A stretch of 64,000 bases of DNA from the NCBI RefSeq assembly GCF_009914755.1, contig NC_060929.1. One strand, 5' to 3'. The first letter of the stretch is position 1; each line of letters opens with the position of its first letter. This document shows positions 23,701-36,170 of this stretch, piece after piece. A program made the translations under genes and the position numbers. This DNA comes from the human T2T-CHM13v2.0 reference genome, Homo sapiens. Below the pieces are notes generated by a model, which made no database searches, was not told the origin of the DNA, and worked only from the letters and a program-made list of their open reading frames with translations.

Positions 23701-26700
23701 ACAAACTGCGTTGTGATGTGTTCGTTCAACTCACAGAGTTTAACCTTTCTTTTCATAGAGCAGTTAGGAAACAGTCTGTTTGTAAATTCTGTAAGTTGAT
23801 ATTCTGACATCTTGTGGCCTTCGTTGGAAACGGGATTTCTTCATATTCTGCTAGACAGAAGAATGCTCAGAATCTTCCTTGTGTTGTGTGTATTCAACTC
23901 ACAGAGTTGAACGATGGTTTACACAAAGCAGATTTGAAACACTCTTTTTGTGGAATTTGCAAGTGGAGATTTCAGCCGCTTTGAGGTCAATGGTAGAAAA
24001 GGAAATATCTTCGTATAAAAACTAGACAGAATGATTCTCAGAAACTTCTTTGTGATGTGTGCGTTCAACTCACAGAGTTTAACCTTTCTTTTCATAGAGC
24101 AGTTAGGAAACACTCTGTTTGTAAACTCTGCAAGTGGATATTCAGACCTCTTTGAGGCCTTCGTTGGAAACGGGATTTCTTCATACTGTGCTAGACAGAA
24201 GAATTCTCGGTAACTTCCTTGTGTTGTGTGTATTCAACTCACAGAGTTGAACGATCCTTTACACAGAGCGGACTTGAAACACTCTTTTTGTGGAATTTGC
24301 AAGTGGAGATTTCAGCCGCGTTGAGGTCAATGGTAGAAAAGGAAATATCTTCGTATAAAAACTAGACAGAATGATTCTCAGAAACTCCTTTGTGATGTGT
24401 GTGTTCAACTCACAGAGTTTAACCTTTCTTTTCATAGAGCAGTTAGGAAACACTCTGTTTGTAAAGTCTGCAAGTGGATATTCAGACCTCTTTGAGGCCT
24501 TCGTTGGAAACAGGATTTTTCATATAAGGCTAGACAGAAGAATTCCCAGTAACTTCCTTGTGTTGTGTGTGTTCAACTCACAGAGTTGAACTTTCATTTA
24601 CACAGAGCAGATTTGAAACACTCTTTTTGTGGAATTTGCAAGTGGAGATTTCAAGCGCTTTGAGGCCAAAGGCAGAAAAGGAAATATCTTCGTATAAAAA
24701 CTAGACAGAATCATTCTCAGAAACTGCTCTGCGATGTGTGTGTTCAACTCTCAGATTTTAACTTTTCTTTTCATTCAGCAGTTTGGAAACACTCTGTTTG
24801 TAAAGTTTGCACGTGGATAATTTGACCACTTAGAGGCCTTCGTTGGAAACGGGTTTTTTTCATGTAAGGCTAGACAGAAGAATTCTCAGTAACTTCCTTG
24901 TGTTGTGTGTATTCAACTCACAGAGTTGAACTTTCATTTACACAGAGCAGATTTGAAACACTCTTTTTGTGGAATTTGCAAGTGGAGATTTCAAGCGCTT
25001 TGAGGCCAAAGGCAGAAAAGGAAATATCTTCGTATAAAAACTAGACAGAATCATTCTCAGAAACTGCTCTGCGATGTGTGCGTTCAACTCTCAGAGTTTA
25101 ACTTTTCTTTTCATTCAGCAGTTTGGAAACACTCTGTTTGTAAAGTCTGCACGTGGATATTTTGACCACTTAGAGGCCTTCGTTGGAAACGGGTTTTTTT
25201 CCTGTAAGGCTAGACAGAAGAATTCCCAGTAACTTCCTTGTGTTGTGTACATTTAACTCACAGAGTTGAACGTTCCCTTAGACAGAGCAGATTTGAAACA
25301 CTCTTTTTGTGCAATTGGCAAGTGGAGATTTCAAGCGCTTTAAGGTCAATGGCAGAAAAGGAAATATCTTCGTTTCAAAACTAGACAGAATCATTCCCAC
25401 AAACTGCGTTGTGATGTGTTCGTTCAACTCACAGAGTTTAACCTTTCTTTTCATAGAGCATTTAGGAAACAGTCTGTTTGTAAATTCTGTAAGTGGATAT
25501 TCTGACATCTTGTGGCCTTCGTTGGAAACGGGATTTCTTCATATTCTGCTAGACAGAAGAATTCTCAGAATCTTCATTGTGTTGTGTGTATTCAACTCAC
25601 AGAGTTGAAAGATGGTTTACACAGAGCAGATTTGAAACACTCTTTTTGTGGAATTTGCAAGTGGAGATTTCAGCCGCTTTGAGGTCAATGGTAGAAAAGG
25701 AAATATCTTCGTATAAAAACTAGACAGAATGATTCTCAGAAACTTCTTGGTGATGTGTGCGTTCAACTCACAGAGTTTAACCTTTCTTTTCATAGAGCAG
25801 TTAGGAAACACTCTGTTTGTAAACTCTGCAAGTGGATATTCAGACCTCCTTGAGGCCATCGTTGGAAAGGGGATTTCTTCATACTGTGCTAGACAGAAGA
25901 ATTCTCAGTAACTTCCTTGTGTTGTGTGTATTCAACTCACAGAGTTGAACGATCCTTTACACAGAGCAGACTTGAAACACTCTTTTTGTGGAATTTGCAT
26001 GTGGAGATTTCAGCCGCGTTGAGGTCAATGCTAGAAGAGGAAATATCTTCGTATAAAAACTAGACAGAATGATTCTCAGAAACTCCTTTGTGATGTGTGT
26101 GTTCAACTCACAGAGTTTAACCTTTCTTTTCATAGAGCAGTAAGGAAACACTCTGTTTGTAAAGTCTGCAAGTGGATATTCAGACCTCTTTGAGGCCTTC
26201 GTTGGAAACGGGTTTTTTTCATATAAGGCTAGACAGAAGAATTCCCAGTAACTTCCTTGTGTTGTGTGTGTTCAACTCACAGAGTTGAACTTTGATTTAC
26301 ACAGAGCAGATTTGAAACACTCTTTTTGTGGAATTTGCAAGTGGAGATTTCAAGCGCTTTGAGGCCAAAGGCAGAAAAGGAAATATCTTCGTATAAAAAC
26401 TAGACAGAATCATTCTCAGAAACTCCTCTGCGATGTGTGCGTTCAACTCTCAGAGTTTAACTTTTCTTTTCATTCAGCAGTTTGGAAACACTCTGTTTGT
26501 AAAGTCTGCACGTAGATATTTTGACCACTTAGAGGCCTTCGTTGGAAACGGGTTTTTTTCCTGTAAGGCTAGACAGAAGAATTCCCAGTAACTTCCTTGT
26601 GTTGTGTACATTCAACTCACAGAGTTGAACGTTCCCTTAGAGCAGATTTGAAACACTCTTTTTCTGCAATTGGCAAGTGGAGATTTCAAGCGATTTAAGG

Positions 26701-29700
26701 TCAATGGCAGAAAAGGAAATATCTTCGTTTCAAAACTAGACAGAATCATTCCCACAAACTGCGTTGTGATGTGTTCGTTCAACTCACAGAGTTTAACCTT
26801 TCTTTTCATAGAGCATTTAGGAAACAGTCTGTTTGTAAATTCTGTAAGTGGATATTCTGACATCTTGTGGCCTTCGTTGGAAACGGGATTTCTTCATATT
26901 CTGCTAGACAGAAGAATTCTCAGAATCTTCCTTGTGTTGTGTGTATTCAACTCACAGAGTTGAACGATGGTTTACACAGAGCAGATTTGAAACACTCTTT
27001 TTGTGGAATTTGCAAGTGGAGATTTCAGCCGCTTTGAGGTCAATGGTAGAAAAGGAAATATCTTCGTATAAAAACTAGACAGAATGATTCTCAGAAACTT
27101 CTTTGTGATGTGTGCGTTCAACTCACAGAGTTTAACCTTTCTTTTCATAGAGCAGTTAGGAAACACTCTGTTTGTAAACTCTGCAAGTGGATATTCAGAC
27201 CTCTTTGAGGCCTTCGTTGGAAACGGGTTTTTTTCATATAAGGCTAGACAGAAGAATTCCCAGTAACTTCCTTGTGTTGTGTGTGTTCAACTCACAGAGT
27301 TGAACTTTGATTTACACAGAGCAGATTTGAAACACTCTTTTTGTGGAATTTGCAAGTGGAGATTTCAAGCGCTTTGAGGCCAAAGGCAGAAAAGGAAATA
27401 TCTTCGTATAAAAACTAGACAGAATCATTCTAAGAAACTGCTCTGCGATGTGTGCGTTCAACTCTCAGAGTTTAACTTTTCTTTTCATTCAGCAGTTTGG
27501 AAACACTCTGTTTGTAAAGTCTGCACGTGGATATTTTGACCACTTAGAGGCCTTCGTTGGAAACGGGTTTTTTTCCTGTAAGGCTAGACAGAAGAATTCC
27601 CAGTAACTTCCTTGTGTTGTGTACATTCAACTCACAGAGTTGAACGTTCCCTTAGACAGAGCAGATTTGAAACACTCTTTTTGTGCACTTGGCAAGTGGA
27701 GATTTCAAGCGCTTTAAGGTCAATGGCAGAAAAGGAAATATCTTCGTTTCAAAACTAGACAGAATCATTCCCACAAACTGCGTTGTGATGTGTTCGTTCA
27801 ACTCACAGAGTTTAACCTTTCTTTTCATAGAGCAGTTAGGAAACAGTCTGTTTGTAAATTCTGTAAGTGGATATTCTGACATCTTGTGGCCTTCGTTGGA
27901 AACGGGATTTCTTCATATTCTGCTAGACAGAAGAATTCTCAGAATCTTCCTTGTGTTGTGTGTATTCAACTCACAGAGTTGAACGATGGTTTACACAGAG
28001 CAGAGTTGAAACACTCTTTTTGTGGAATTTGAAAGTGAAGATTTCAGCCGCTTTGAGGTCAATGGTAGAAAAGGAAATATCTTCGTATAAAAACTAGACA
28101 GAATGATTCTCAGAAACTTCTTGGTGATGTGTGCGTTCAACTCACAGTGTTTAACCTTTCTTTTCATAGAGCAGTTAGGAAACACTCTGTTTGTAAAGTC
28201 TGCAAGTGGATATTCAGACCTCCTTGAGGCCTTCGTTGGAAACGGGATTTCTTCATACTGTGCTAGACAGAAGAATTCTCAGTAACTTCCTTGTGTTGTG
28301 TGTATTCAACTCACAGAGTTGAATGATCCTTTACACAGAGCAGACTTGAAACACTCTTTTGTGGAATTTGCAAGTGGAGATTTCAGCCGCGTTGAGGTCA
28401 ATGGTAGAAGAGGAAATATCTTCGTATAAAAACTAGACAGAATGATTCTCAGAAACTCCTTTGTGATGTGTGTGTTCAACTCACAGAGTTTAACCTTTGT
28501 TTTCATAGAGCAGTTAGGAAACACTCTGTTTGTAAAGTCTGCAAGTGTATATTCAGACCTCTTTAAGGCCTTCGTTGGAAACGGGTTTTTTTCATAGAAG
28601 GCTAGACAGAAGAATTCTCAGTATCTTCCTTGTGTTGTGTGTGTTCAACTCACAGAGTTGAACTTTGATTTACACAGAGCAGATTTGAAACACTCTTTTT
28701 GTGGAATTTGCAAGTGGAGATTTCAAGCGCTTTGAGGCCAAAGGCAGAAAAGGAAATATCTTCGTCTAAAAACTAGACAGAATCATTCTCAGAAACTGCT
28801 GTGCGATGTGTGCGTTCAACTCTCAGAGTTTAACTTTTCTTTTCATTCAGCAGTGTGGAAACACTCTGTTTGTAAAGTCTGCACGTGGATATTTTGACCA
28901 CTTAGAGGCCTTCGTTGGAAACGGGTTTTTTTCCTGTAAGGCTAGACAGAAGAATTCCCAGTAACTTCCTTGTGTTGTGTACATTCAACTCACAGAGTTG
29001 AACGTTCCCTTAGACAGAGGAGATTTGAAACACTCTTTTTGTGCGATTGGCAAGTGGAGATTTCAAGCGCTTTAAGGTCAATGGCAGAAAAGGAAATATC
29101 TTCGTTTCAAAACTAGACAGAATCATTCTCACAAACTGCGTTGTGATGTGTTCGTTCATCTCACAGAGTTTAACCTTTCTTTTCATAGAGCAGTTAGGAA
29201 ACAGTCTGTTTGTAAATTCTGTAAGTGGATATTCTGACATCTTGTGGCCTTCGTTGGAAACGGGATTTCTTCATATTCTGCTAGACAGAAGAATTCTCAG
29301 AATCTTCCTTGTGTTGTGTGTATTCAACTCACAGAGTTGAACGATGGTTTACACAGAGCAGATTTGAAACACTCTTTTTGTGGAATTTGCAAGTGGAGAT
29401 TTCAGCCGCTTTGAGGTCAATGGTAGAAAAGGAAATATCTTCGTATAAAAACTAGACAGAATGATTCTCAGAAACTCCTTTGTGATGTGTGTGTTCAACT
29501 CACAGAGTTTAACCTTTCTTTTCATAGAGCAGTTAGGAAACACTCTGTTTGTAAAGTCTGCAAGTGGATATTCAGACCTCTTTGAGGCCTTCGTTGGAAA
29601 CGGGTTTTTTTCATATAAGGCTAGACAGAAGAATTCCCAGTAACTTCCTTGTGTTGTGTGTGTTCAACTCACAGAGTTGAACTTTCATTTACACAGAGCA

Positions 29701-32700
29701 GTTTTGAAACACTCTTTTTGTGGAATTTGCAAGTGGGGATTTCAAGCGCTTTGAGGCCAAAGGCAGAAAAGGAAATATCTTCGTATAAAAACTAGACAGA
29801 ATCATTTTCAGAAACTGCTCTGCGATGTGTGTGTTCAACTCTCAGAGTTTAACTTTTCTTTTCATTCAGCAGTTTGGAAACACTCTGTTTGTAAAGTCTG
29901 CACGTGGATAATTTGACCACTTAGAGGCCTTCGTTGGAAACGGGTTTTTTTCATGTAAGGCTAGACAGAAGAATTCTCAGTAACTTCCTTGTGTTGTGTG
30001 TATTCAACTCACAGAGTTGACCGATCCTTTACACAGAGCAGACTTGTAACACTCTTTTTGTGGAATTTGCAAGTGGAGATTTCAGCCGCTTTGAAGTCAA
30101 AGGTAGAAAAGGAAATATCTTCCTATAAAAACTAGACAGAATGATTCTCAGAAACTCCTTTGTGATGTGTGCGTTCAACTCACAGAGTTTAACCTTTCTT
30201 TTCATAGAGCAGTTAGGAAACACTCTGTTTGTAAAGTCTGCAAGTGGATATTCAGACCTCTTTGAGGCCTTCGTTGGAAACGGGTTTTTTTCATATAAGG
30301 CTAGACAGAAGAATTCCCAGTAACTTCCTTGTGTTGTGTGTGTTCAACTCACAGAGTTGAACTTTGATTTACACAGAGCAGATTTGAAACACTCTTTTTG
30401 TGGAATTTGCAAGTGGAGATTTCAAGCGCTTTGAGGCCAAAGGCAGAAAAGGAAATATCTTCGTATAAAAACTTGTCAGAATCATTCTCAGAAACTGCTC
30501 TGCAATGTGCGCGTTCAACTCTCAGAGTTTAACTTTTCTTTTCATTCAGCAGTTTGGAAACACTCTGTTTGTAAAGTCTGCACGTGGATATTTTGACCAC
30601 TTAGAGGCCTTCGTTGGAAACGGGTTTTTTTCCTGTAAGGCTAGACAGAAGAATTCCCAGTAACTTCCTTGTGTTGTGTACATTCAACTCACAGAGTTGA
30701 ACGTTCCCTTACACAGAGCAGATTTGAAACACTCTTTTTGTGCACTTGGCAAGTGGAGATTTCAAGCGCTTTAAGGTCAATGGCAGAAAAGGAAATATCT
30801 TCGTTTCAAAACTAGACAGAATCATTCCCACAAACTGCGTTGTGATGTGTTCGTTGAACTCACAGAGTTTAACCTTTCTTTTCATAGAGCAGTTAGGAAA
30901 CAGTCTGTTTGTAAATTCTGTAAGTGGATATTCTGACATCTTGTGGCCTTCGTTGGAAACGGGATTTCTTCATATTCTGCTAGACAGAAGAATTCTCAGA
31001 ATCTTCCTTGTGTTGTGTGTATTCAACTCACAGTGTTGAACGATGGTTTACACAGAGCAGATTTGAAACACTCTTTTTGTGGAATTTGCAAGTGGAGATT
31101 TCAGCCGCTTTGAGGTCAATGGTAGAAAAGGAAATATCTTCGTATAAAAACTAGACAGAATGATTCTCAGAAACTTCTTTGTGATGTGTGCGTTCAACTC
31201 ACAGAGTTTAACCTTTCTTTTCATAGAGCAGTTAGGAAACACTCTGTTTGTAAACTCTGCAAGTGGATATTCAGACCTCCTTGAGGCCTTCGTTGGAAAC
31301 GGGATTTCTTCATACTGTGCTAGACAGAAGAATTCTCAGTAACTTCCTTGTGTTGTGTGTATTCAACTCACAGAGTTGACCGATCCTTTACACAGAGCAG
31401 ACTTGTAACACTCTTTTTGTGGAATTTGCAAGTGGAGATTTCAGCCGCTTTGAAGTCAAAGGTAGAAAAGGAAATATCTTCCTATAAAAACTAGACAGAA
31501 TGATTCTCAGAAACTGCTTTGTGATGTGTGCGTTCAACTCACAGAGTTTAACCTTTCTTTTCATAGAGCAGTTAGGAAACACTCTGTTTGTAAAGTCTGC
31601 AAGTGGATATTCAGACCTCTTTGAGGCCTTCGTTGGAAACGGGTTTTTTTCATGTAAGGCTAGACAGAAGAATTCTCAGTAACTTCCTTGTGTTGTGTGT
31701 ATTCAACTTACAGAGTTGACCGATCCTTTACACAGAGCAGACTTGTAACACTCTTTTTGTGGAATTTGCAAGTGGAGATTTCAGCCGCTTTGAAGTCAAA
31801 GGTAGAAAAGGAAATATCTTCCTATAAAAACGAGACAGAATGATTCTCAGAAACTCCTTTGTGATGCGTGCGTTCAACTCACAGAGTTTAACCTTTCTTT
31901 TCATAGAGCAGTTAGGAAACACTCTGTTTGTAAAGTCTGCAAGTGGATATTCAGACCTCTTTGAGGCCTTCGTTGGAAACGGGTTTTTTTCATAGAAGGC
32001 TAGACAGAAGAATTCCCAGTAACTTCCTTGTGTTGTGTGTGTTCAACTCACAGAGTTGAACTTTGATTTACACAGAGCAGATGTGAAACACTCTTTTTGT
32101 GGAATTTGCAAGTGGGGATTTCAAGCGCTTTGAGGCCAAAGGCAGAAAAGGAAATATCTTCGTATAAAAACTAGACAGAATCATTCTCAGAAACTGCTCT
32201 GCGATGTGTGCGTTCAACTCTCAGAGTTTAACTTTTCTTTTCATTCAGCAGTTTGGAAACACTCTGTTTGTAAAGTCTGCACGTGGATATTTTGACCACT
32301 TAGAGGCCTTCGTTGGAAACGGGTTTTTTTCCTGTAAGGCTAGACAGAATAATTCCCAGTAACTTCCTTGTGTTGTGTACATTCAACTCACAGAGTTGAA
32401 CGTTCCCTTAGACAGAGCAGATTTGAAACACTCTTTTTGTGCAATTGGCAAGTGGAGATTTCAAGCGATTTAAGGTCAATGGCAGAAAAGGAAATATCTT
32501 CGTTTCAAAACTAGACAGAATCATTCCCACAAACTGCGTTGTGATGTGTTCGTTCATCTCACAGAGTTTAACCTTTCTTTTCATAGAGCAGTTAGGAAAC
32601 AGTCTGTTTGTAAATTCTGTAAGTGGATATTCTGACATCTTGTGGCCTTCGTTGGAAACGGGATTTCTTCATATTCTGCTAGACAGAAGAATTCTCAGAA

Positions 32701-35700
32701 TCTTCCTTGTGTTGTGTGTATTCAACTCACAGAGTTGAAAGATGGTTTACACAGAGCAGATTTGAAACACTCTTTTTGTGGAATTTGCAAGTGGAGATTT
32801 CAGCCGCTTTGAGGTCAATGGTAGAAAAGGAAATATCTTCGTATAAAAACTAGATAGAATGATTCTCAGAAACTTCTTTGTGATGTGTGCGTTCAACTCA
32901 CAGAGTTTAACCTTTCTTTTCATAGAGCAGTTAGGAAACACTCTGTTTGTAAAGTCTGCAAGTGGATATTCAGACCTCTTTGAGGCCTTCGTTGGAAACG
33001 GGATTTCTTCATACTGTGCTAGACAGAAGAATTCTCAGTAACTTCCTTGTGTTGTGTGTATTCAACTCACAGAGTTGACCGATCCTTTACACAGAGCGGA
33101 CTTGAAACACTCTTTTTGTGGAATTTGCAAGTGGAGATTTCAGCCGCGTTGAGGTCAATGGTAGAAAAGGAAATATCTTCGTATAAAAACTAGATAGAAT
33201 GATTCTCAGAAACTCCTTTGTGATGTGTGTGTTCAACTCACAGAGTTTAACCTTTCTTTTCATAGAGCAGTTAGGAAACACTCTGTTTGTAAAGTCTGCA
33301 AGTGGATATTCAGACCTCTTTGAGGCCTTCGTTGGAAACGGGTTTTTTTCATAGAAGGCTAGACAGAAGAATTCCCAGTAACTTCCTTGTGTTGTGTGTG
33401 TTCAACTCACAGAGTTGAACTTTCATTTACACAGAGCAGATTTGAAACACTCTTTTTGTGGAATTTGCAAGTGGAGATTTCAAGCGCTTTGAGGCCAAAG
33501 GCAGAAAGGGAAATATCTTCGTATAAATACTAGACAGAATCATTCTCAGAAACTGCTCTGCGATGTGTGTGTTCAACTCTCAGAGTTTAACTTTTCTTTT
33601 CATTCAGCAGTTTGGAAACACTCTGTTTGTAAAGTCTGCACGTGGATAATTTGACCACTTAGAGGCCTTCGTTGGAAACGGGTTTTTTTCATGTAAGGCT
33701 AGACAGAAGAATTCTCAGTAACTTCCTTGTGTTGTGTGTATTCAACTTACCGAGTTGACCGATCCTTTACACAGAGCAGACTTGTAACACTCTTTTTGTG
33801 GAATTTGCAAGTGGAGATTTCAGCCGCTTTGAAGTCAAAGGTAGAAAAGGAAATATCTTCCTATAAAAAGTAGACAGAATGATTCTCAGAAACTCCTTTG
33901 TGATGCGTGCGTTCAACTCACAGAGTTTAACCTTTCTTTTCATAGAGCAGTTAGGAAACACTCTGTTTGTAAAGTCTGCAAGTGGATATTCAGACCTCTT
34001 TGAGGCCTTCGTTGGAAACGGGTTTTTTTCATAGAAGGCTAGACAGAAGAATTCCCAGTAACTTCCTTGTGTTGTGTGTGTTCAACTCACAGAGTTGAAC
34101 TTTGATTTACACAGAGCAGATTTGAAACACTCTTTTTGTGGAATTTGCAAGTGGGGATTTCAAGCGCTTTGAGGCCAAAGGCAGAAAAGGAAATATCTTC
34201 GTATAAAAACTAGACAGAATCATTCTCAGAAACTGCTCTGCGATGTGTGCGTTCAACTCTCAGAGTTTAACTTTTCTTTTCATTCAGCAGTTTGGAAACA
34301 CTCTGTTTGTAAAGTCTGCACGTGGATATTTTGACCACTTAGAGGCCTTCGTTGGAAACGGGTTTTTTTCCTGTAAGGCTAGACAGAATAATTCCCAGTA
34401 ACTTCCTTGTGTTGTGTACATTCAACTCACAGAGTTGAACGTTCCCTTAGACAGAGCAGATTTGAAACACTCTTTTTGTGCAATTGGCAAGTGGAGATTT
34501 CAAGCGATTTAAGGTCAATGGCAGAAAAGGAAATATCTTCGTTTCAAAACTAGACAGAATCATTCCCACAAACTGCGTTGTGATGTGTTCGTTCAACTCA
34601 CAGAGTTTAACCTTTCTTTTCATAGAGCAGTTAGGAAACAGTCTGTTTGTAAATTCTGTAAGTGGATATTCTGACATCTTGTGGCCTTCGTTGGAAACGG
34701 GATTTCTTCATATTCTGCTAGACAGAAGAATTCTCAGAATCTTCCTTGTGTTGTGTGTATTCAACTCACAGAGTTGAAAGATGGTTTACACAGAGCAGAT
34801 TTGAAACACTCTTTTTGTGGAATTTGCAAGTGGAGATTTCAGCCGCTTTGAGGTCAATGGTAGAAAAGGAAATATCTTCGTATAAAAACTAGACAGAATG
34901 ATTCTCAGAAACTTCTTTGTGATGTGTGCGTTCAACTCACAGAGTTTAACCTTTCTTTTCATAGAGCAGTTAGGAAACACTCTGTTTGTAAACTCTGCAA
35001 GTGGATATTCAGACCTCTTTGAGGCCTTCGTTGGAAACGGGATTTCTTCATACTGTGCTAGACAGAAGAATTCTCAGTAACTTCCTTGTGTTGTGTGTAT
35101 TCAACTCACAGAGTTGAACGATCATTTACACAGAGCGGACTTGAAACACTCTTTTTGTGGAATTTGCAAGTGGAGATTTCAGCCGCGTTGAGGTCAATGT
35201 TAGAAAAGGAAATATCTTCGTATAAAAACTAGACAGAATGATTCTCAGAAACTCCTTTGTGATGTGTGTGTTTAACTCACAGAGTTTAACCTTTCTTTTC
35301 ATAGAGCAGTTAGGAAACACTCTGTTTGTAAAGTCTGCAAGTGGATATTCAGACCTCTTTGAGGCCTTCGTTGGAAACGGGTTTTTTTCATAGAAGGCTA
35401 GACAGAAGAATTCCCAGTAACTTCCTTGTGTTGTGTGTGTTCAACTCACAGAGTTGAACTTTGATTTACACAGAGCAGATTTGAAACGCTCTTTTTGTGG
35501 AATTTGCAAGTGGAGATTTCAAGCGCTTTGAGGCCAAAGGCAGAAAAGGAAATATCTTCGTATAAAAACTAGACAGAATCATTCTCAGAAACTACTCTGC
35601 AATGTGTGCGTTCAACTCTCAGAGTTTAACTCTTCTTTTCATTCAGCAGTTTGGAAACACTCTGTTTGTAAACTCTGCACGTGGATATTTTGACCACTTA

Positions 35701-36170
35701 GAGGCCTTCGTTGGAAACGGGTTTTTTTCCTGTAAGGCTAGACAGAAGAATTCCCAGTAACTTCCTTGTGTTGTGTACATTCAACTCACAGAGTTGAACG
35801 TTCCCTTAGACAGAGGAGATTTGAAACACTCTTTTTGTGCAATTGGCAAGTGGAGATTTCAAGCGCTTTAAGGTCAATGGCAGAAAAGGAAATATCTTCG
35901 TTTCAAAACTAGACAGAATCATTCCCACAAACTGCGTTGTGATGTGTTCGTTCAACTCACAGAGTTTAACCTTTCTTTTCATAGAGCAGTTAGGAAATAG
36001 TCTGTTTGTAAATTCTGTAAGTGGATATTCTGACATCTTGTGGCCTTCGTTGGAAACGGGATTTCTTCATATTCTGCTAGACAGAAGAATTCTCAGAATC
36101 TTCCTTGTGTTGTGTGTATTCAACTCACAGAGTTGAACGATGGTTTACACAGAGCAGATTTGAAACACAC
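20800..36170 (+). repeat. Haplotype domain Y
   Basis: D dimers carry GATGGTTTAC/GATTTG/GTCAATGG/TACTGTGC (no CCATGG). E carries CCGCGTTG. Mostly 6-, 8- and 10-mers. Confidence 0.8.
22163..23521 (+). repeat. Representative 8-mer HOR variant (C-D-E-A2, 1359 bp)
   Basis: C landmarks at 22221 and 23580; the unit lacks the A1-B 4-mer found in the 12-mer. Confidence 0.88.
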
